This document shows, piece by piece, positions 61,065 through 64,000 of a DNA stretch of 64,000 bases (the first letter of the stretch is position 1; each line of letters opens with the position of its first letter). This DNA is from Macrostomum lignano (Eukaryota): positions 1 through 64,000 of the forward strand of contig NIVC01003245.1 in assembly GCA_002269645.1 (NCBI GenBank), read 5' to 3'. The notes beneath the pieces are model-generated. The model ran no database searches. It had not been told where the DNA came from and saw only the letters and a program-made list of their open reading frames with translations. The position numbers and the translations under genes were made by a program.

Positions 61065-62991
61065 ATGACAGTCTCCGCGCACGACTTCAGCAACAGCTCG
61101 ATGCGGGCGCGCTACGCCACAATGGTGGAAGTGTTCGAGCGATTCGATCCTGCCATCGTCATCATCGACCGCAGCATCACCCCGCTTTGGTACTTTCTCG
61201 GCCTGTTTGGCAATCTGCTGAGCGCCTGCATCTGGATGAAGCCCAAGGTGCGCCGGAACAACTCGTCCGCCGTTTACCTGGCCGCTCTGTCAGTCTGGGA
61301 TCTGCTCTTCCTGGCCATGCACCCGTTTCAGGAGGTGCGAGAGGCTTGGGGCCACTACGATGAGAACATGCTGAACTGCACCCTGATCCCCGTGCTGCTG
61401 CTCACCGCCCAGTACCTGTCACCGGCTCTGGTGCTCTGCTTCACGGTGGAACGCTGGATTGCCATCTGCTTTCCGTTTCGTCGGGAGTCGCTGTGCACAC
61501 CTCGACGAGCTTGCCTAGTTACCTTCGCTATGATCGCCGCAATCGGGCTGTGGAGCCTCATCTCCCTGGCCTTCAGGTAAAACTTTTTTACGTCTTGTAT
61601 AGTTATAGAAGGTTGCTGGACCATAGTAAGAAGAATTTCAGGAGTGTTGTGGGTTTCTTCAGAGACATCGTCCAGCAACCAGCACTCAGACAATTCTGCC
61701 CATTCCACTGACCCCTGAGCACATATGTATGAGGCACGCACTCACACACACGCTCACACAGGGTGTGCAGCGGCCCTGACTTTCTAATCGTCAGGCATGT
61801 ACACTCTCTGTGCTTTGGGGCTGGCCGTCATGGCTGTGAATCGCACGACAACCCCCCTTGGCCAATTCTCGTGCACACACAAGCCCCAAACGAATGCGTT
61901 TGCGCACGGAATCAAACCAGGGGTCGTGGCGCAAGAGTCAGACGTGTCTAGATAATTTTTGGTGAGCTGCTCTGCACTCTTTGCTGGACCATGGAAGAAT
62001 CGTCACCATTGGCGACGTAGGCATCGACAGATGATTTGATTGCATGGATTTGCTAGTCAAGCGTTCCCAATGTCAGTAACTGAGTCACCTGCCTTTATGA
62101 CTAGCAAAATTGTCACCAAATTCCAGGTACTACAACACGGCAACCAATACCTGCGTATTTAACACGGAGAACAATCCTGTCTGGACGGTGTACTCTATCA
62201 TCACGGAGACTCTGTTCAGCGGCCTGGTCCCGATCACCGCTCTGGCTTTCAACCTGCTAGTTGTACGCGAGCTCCGCCGCATCATGGACAGCAGCAAGCG
62301 ATTCACACCTGCCGTCGTCGCCAGCGGTGGCGGCGGCGGCGGCGGCGGTGGCAGCAGCGACAGCGCCGACTTGCTGGCTGACAGTGTCGAGAGGCGCTTC
62401 CGCTCGACCACGGTGATGCTGGTCTGCGTGTCCTTCTTTGTCATCCTGACCTCCCTGCCAGCCGGCATGGTCTACGCGCTGCAGAACACCAACGACTTTG
62501 GCAACGACACCCTTCCTGACGAGCTGGTCCTGACTGACCCGAAGTGGCGCAGCTACTTCCTGAGCGTGCGCATCAAGAAAGTCATCGACGAAGTGTCAAT
62601 CTCGCACTATTCGCTGAACTTTCTAATCTACTTGCTGACCGGGCCGCAGTACCGAGCCCACGCCAGGGACATTGTGTGCCGCCTGCTCCAGACAGCCCTC
62701 CTAGTTTGCTGCTGCGGTTGTCTCCGCCGGGCCAAGCAGCGCAGGGAGAAGCTGCGGGAGCGGGAGGTGTACTACCTGACCAACACGAGCACAGACAGGG
62801 CTCGGAGACTCGCTCGCCAGGGCCGGAACTGCCAGGAGCCCGCGCCGTTGGCGCAGCATCAGCAGCAGCAGCAGCAGCCGTCCACTGAGCCTTCGTCGCC
62901 TAAAGCACCTGTTGCAGCTTTGAAGACGGGCGACGGTAGCGGGGAGACTTCGGACACTGGCCAGACGCCACTGCTGCACCAAACGGATTGA
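61065..62991 (+). CDS. Rhodopsin-class (class A) peptide-receptor-like GPCR, 2 exons: 61065-61576, 62127-62991; 458 aa
   Basis: Seven TM segments; GN in TM1, LAALSVWD in TM2, ERWIAICFP after TM3, LVP in TM5, LP in TM6, NFLIY in TM7; phase-2 intron TTCAG|gtaaaa..ttccag|G. Resembles the FMRFamide/myosuppressin/Srw-type group; ligand unknown. Confidence 0.92.
61705..61945 (-). mobile_element. Dispersed SINE-like copy in the GPCR intron
   Basis: Shared body plus B-box-like GGTTTGATTCC (61918-61908). Confidence 0.78.
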
Positions 62992-63852
62992 CGCGATGTC
63001 CGGATTCGATGCTGGGGACACCGTCGAAAGAATATTATTTTTGTTTTGAATATCCAACATTATTTGTTCGAAATTATCTTATGGAATCTATGTCAGTTAA
63101 AGTTTGATATTTTAACCATATTTTGTTTGCACTGAATTTTCAACGACTCTGATGATTCAATGGCGAGATCCATCTTCATCAGTTTATCAATCATAATCCA
63201 AGAAAAAATGCTCAAAACTGGAGCAGAATAACCGTTATTCCCATCTCTTGAATGGATATTTTTATTTCGAGATTGTCTGTGGTAAAACCTGATGACCAGC
63301 GTAGCGTGTTTTAATGAGAATGACATGATTTTTTTAGTTTTAATTATAGTTTATCATATTAATATTATTATTATCTATAATTTTTGTTACTGAAGATGTG
63401 TATTGTGTGCATCTCATTTACTCAAGAGATTAATTTATTGCCCTAATTGCTGTAGTATTAACGAGGCTCTTCACTCAGCTCATGTTGAAGGTTCCAGCCC
63501 AGTAATCAGTGAGCAACAAGCACACAAAGGCTGTCATGGTATCTGATCTCTAGTTTCGTCGTGAAAACTCTAACATGTTGCTGAGTGTAAATTACCCACT
63601 TCTACATTATCGATTTCCATGCTTAAAATTATTTTTTGTACGTTGTAGCTCGTAAAAACACTGGCTATCATTTTATTTTGGCTTCTCAAGCTTTTTTGGC
63701 TTTTTTGCTTGCGTTTCAAGCTTTTCTGTAGCTTATTTTGTCTTTAACTGCACTGCGGTGTTGTAACCAGCCATTCTTTACTGAAATTCAATATTTTATC
63801 ATCTCTACTCATCCTCAGTCTCTATATTACTTATCGTTAGGCATCGGCCCTA

Positions 63853-63991
63853 GTTCTACTCAACTCTACTCAGCTCTACTCAGCTCTACTCATCTCTACT
63901 CAGCTCTACTCGTCTCTACTCATCTCTACTCAGCTCTACTCATCTCTACTCATCTCTACTCAGCTCTACTCAGCTCTACTCAGCTCTACTC
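63853..63991. repeat. 10-bp repeat (CAGCTCTACT/CATCTCTACT)
   Basis: About 14 units near the window end. Confidence 0.92.
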
Positions 63992-64000
63992 ACAACTACC

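Overview
Eukaryotic (animal) genomic DNA with GC-rich spliced exons set in a dense matrix of micro- and minisatellites. By inference from repeat density and gene content it is a flatworm such as Macrostomum; this is not proven. Genes reconstructed by hand: on the minus strand, a 7-cadherin-repeat protocadherin (ectodomain exon 7817-10747), a 10-exon tyrosine-decarboxylase-type PLP enzyme (12355-18920), a 4-exon TMEM138 orthologue (23399-24556), a multi-exon orphan gene (about 27095-40191) and a 6-exon mucin-like type I membrane protein (46051-48758); on the plus strand, a 2-exon rhodopsin-class peptide GPCR (61065-62991). Mobile DNA includes a CORE-type SINE with a target-site duplication, a second dispersed SINE-like family, two tandem arrays built from tRNA/Pol III promoter pieces, an internally deleted Crypton-like (tyrosine recombinase) element and a 2.35-kb foldback-like element with modular asymmetric inverted repeats flanked by TTAA. 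The most unusual region is 51.7-56.4 kb, a nest of hairpins and inverted repeats sharing a CCATAGAC motif around the Crypton-like ORF. Most long ORFs in the supplied track are translations of tandem repeats and are not genes. All coordinates and counts were read by eye; no database search was run.
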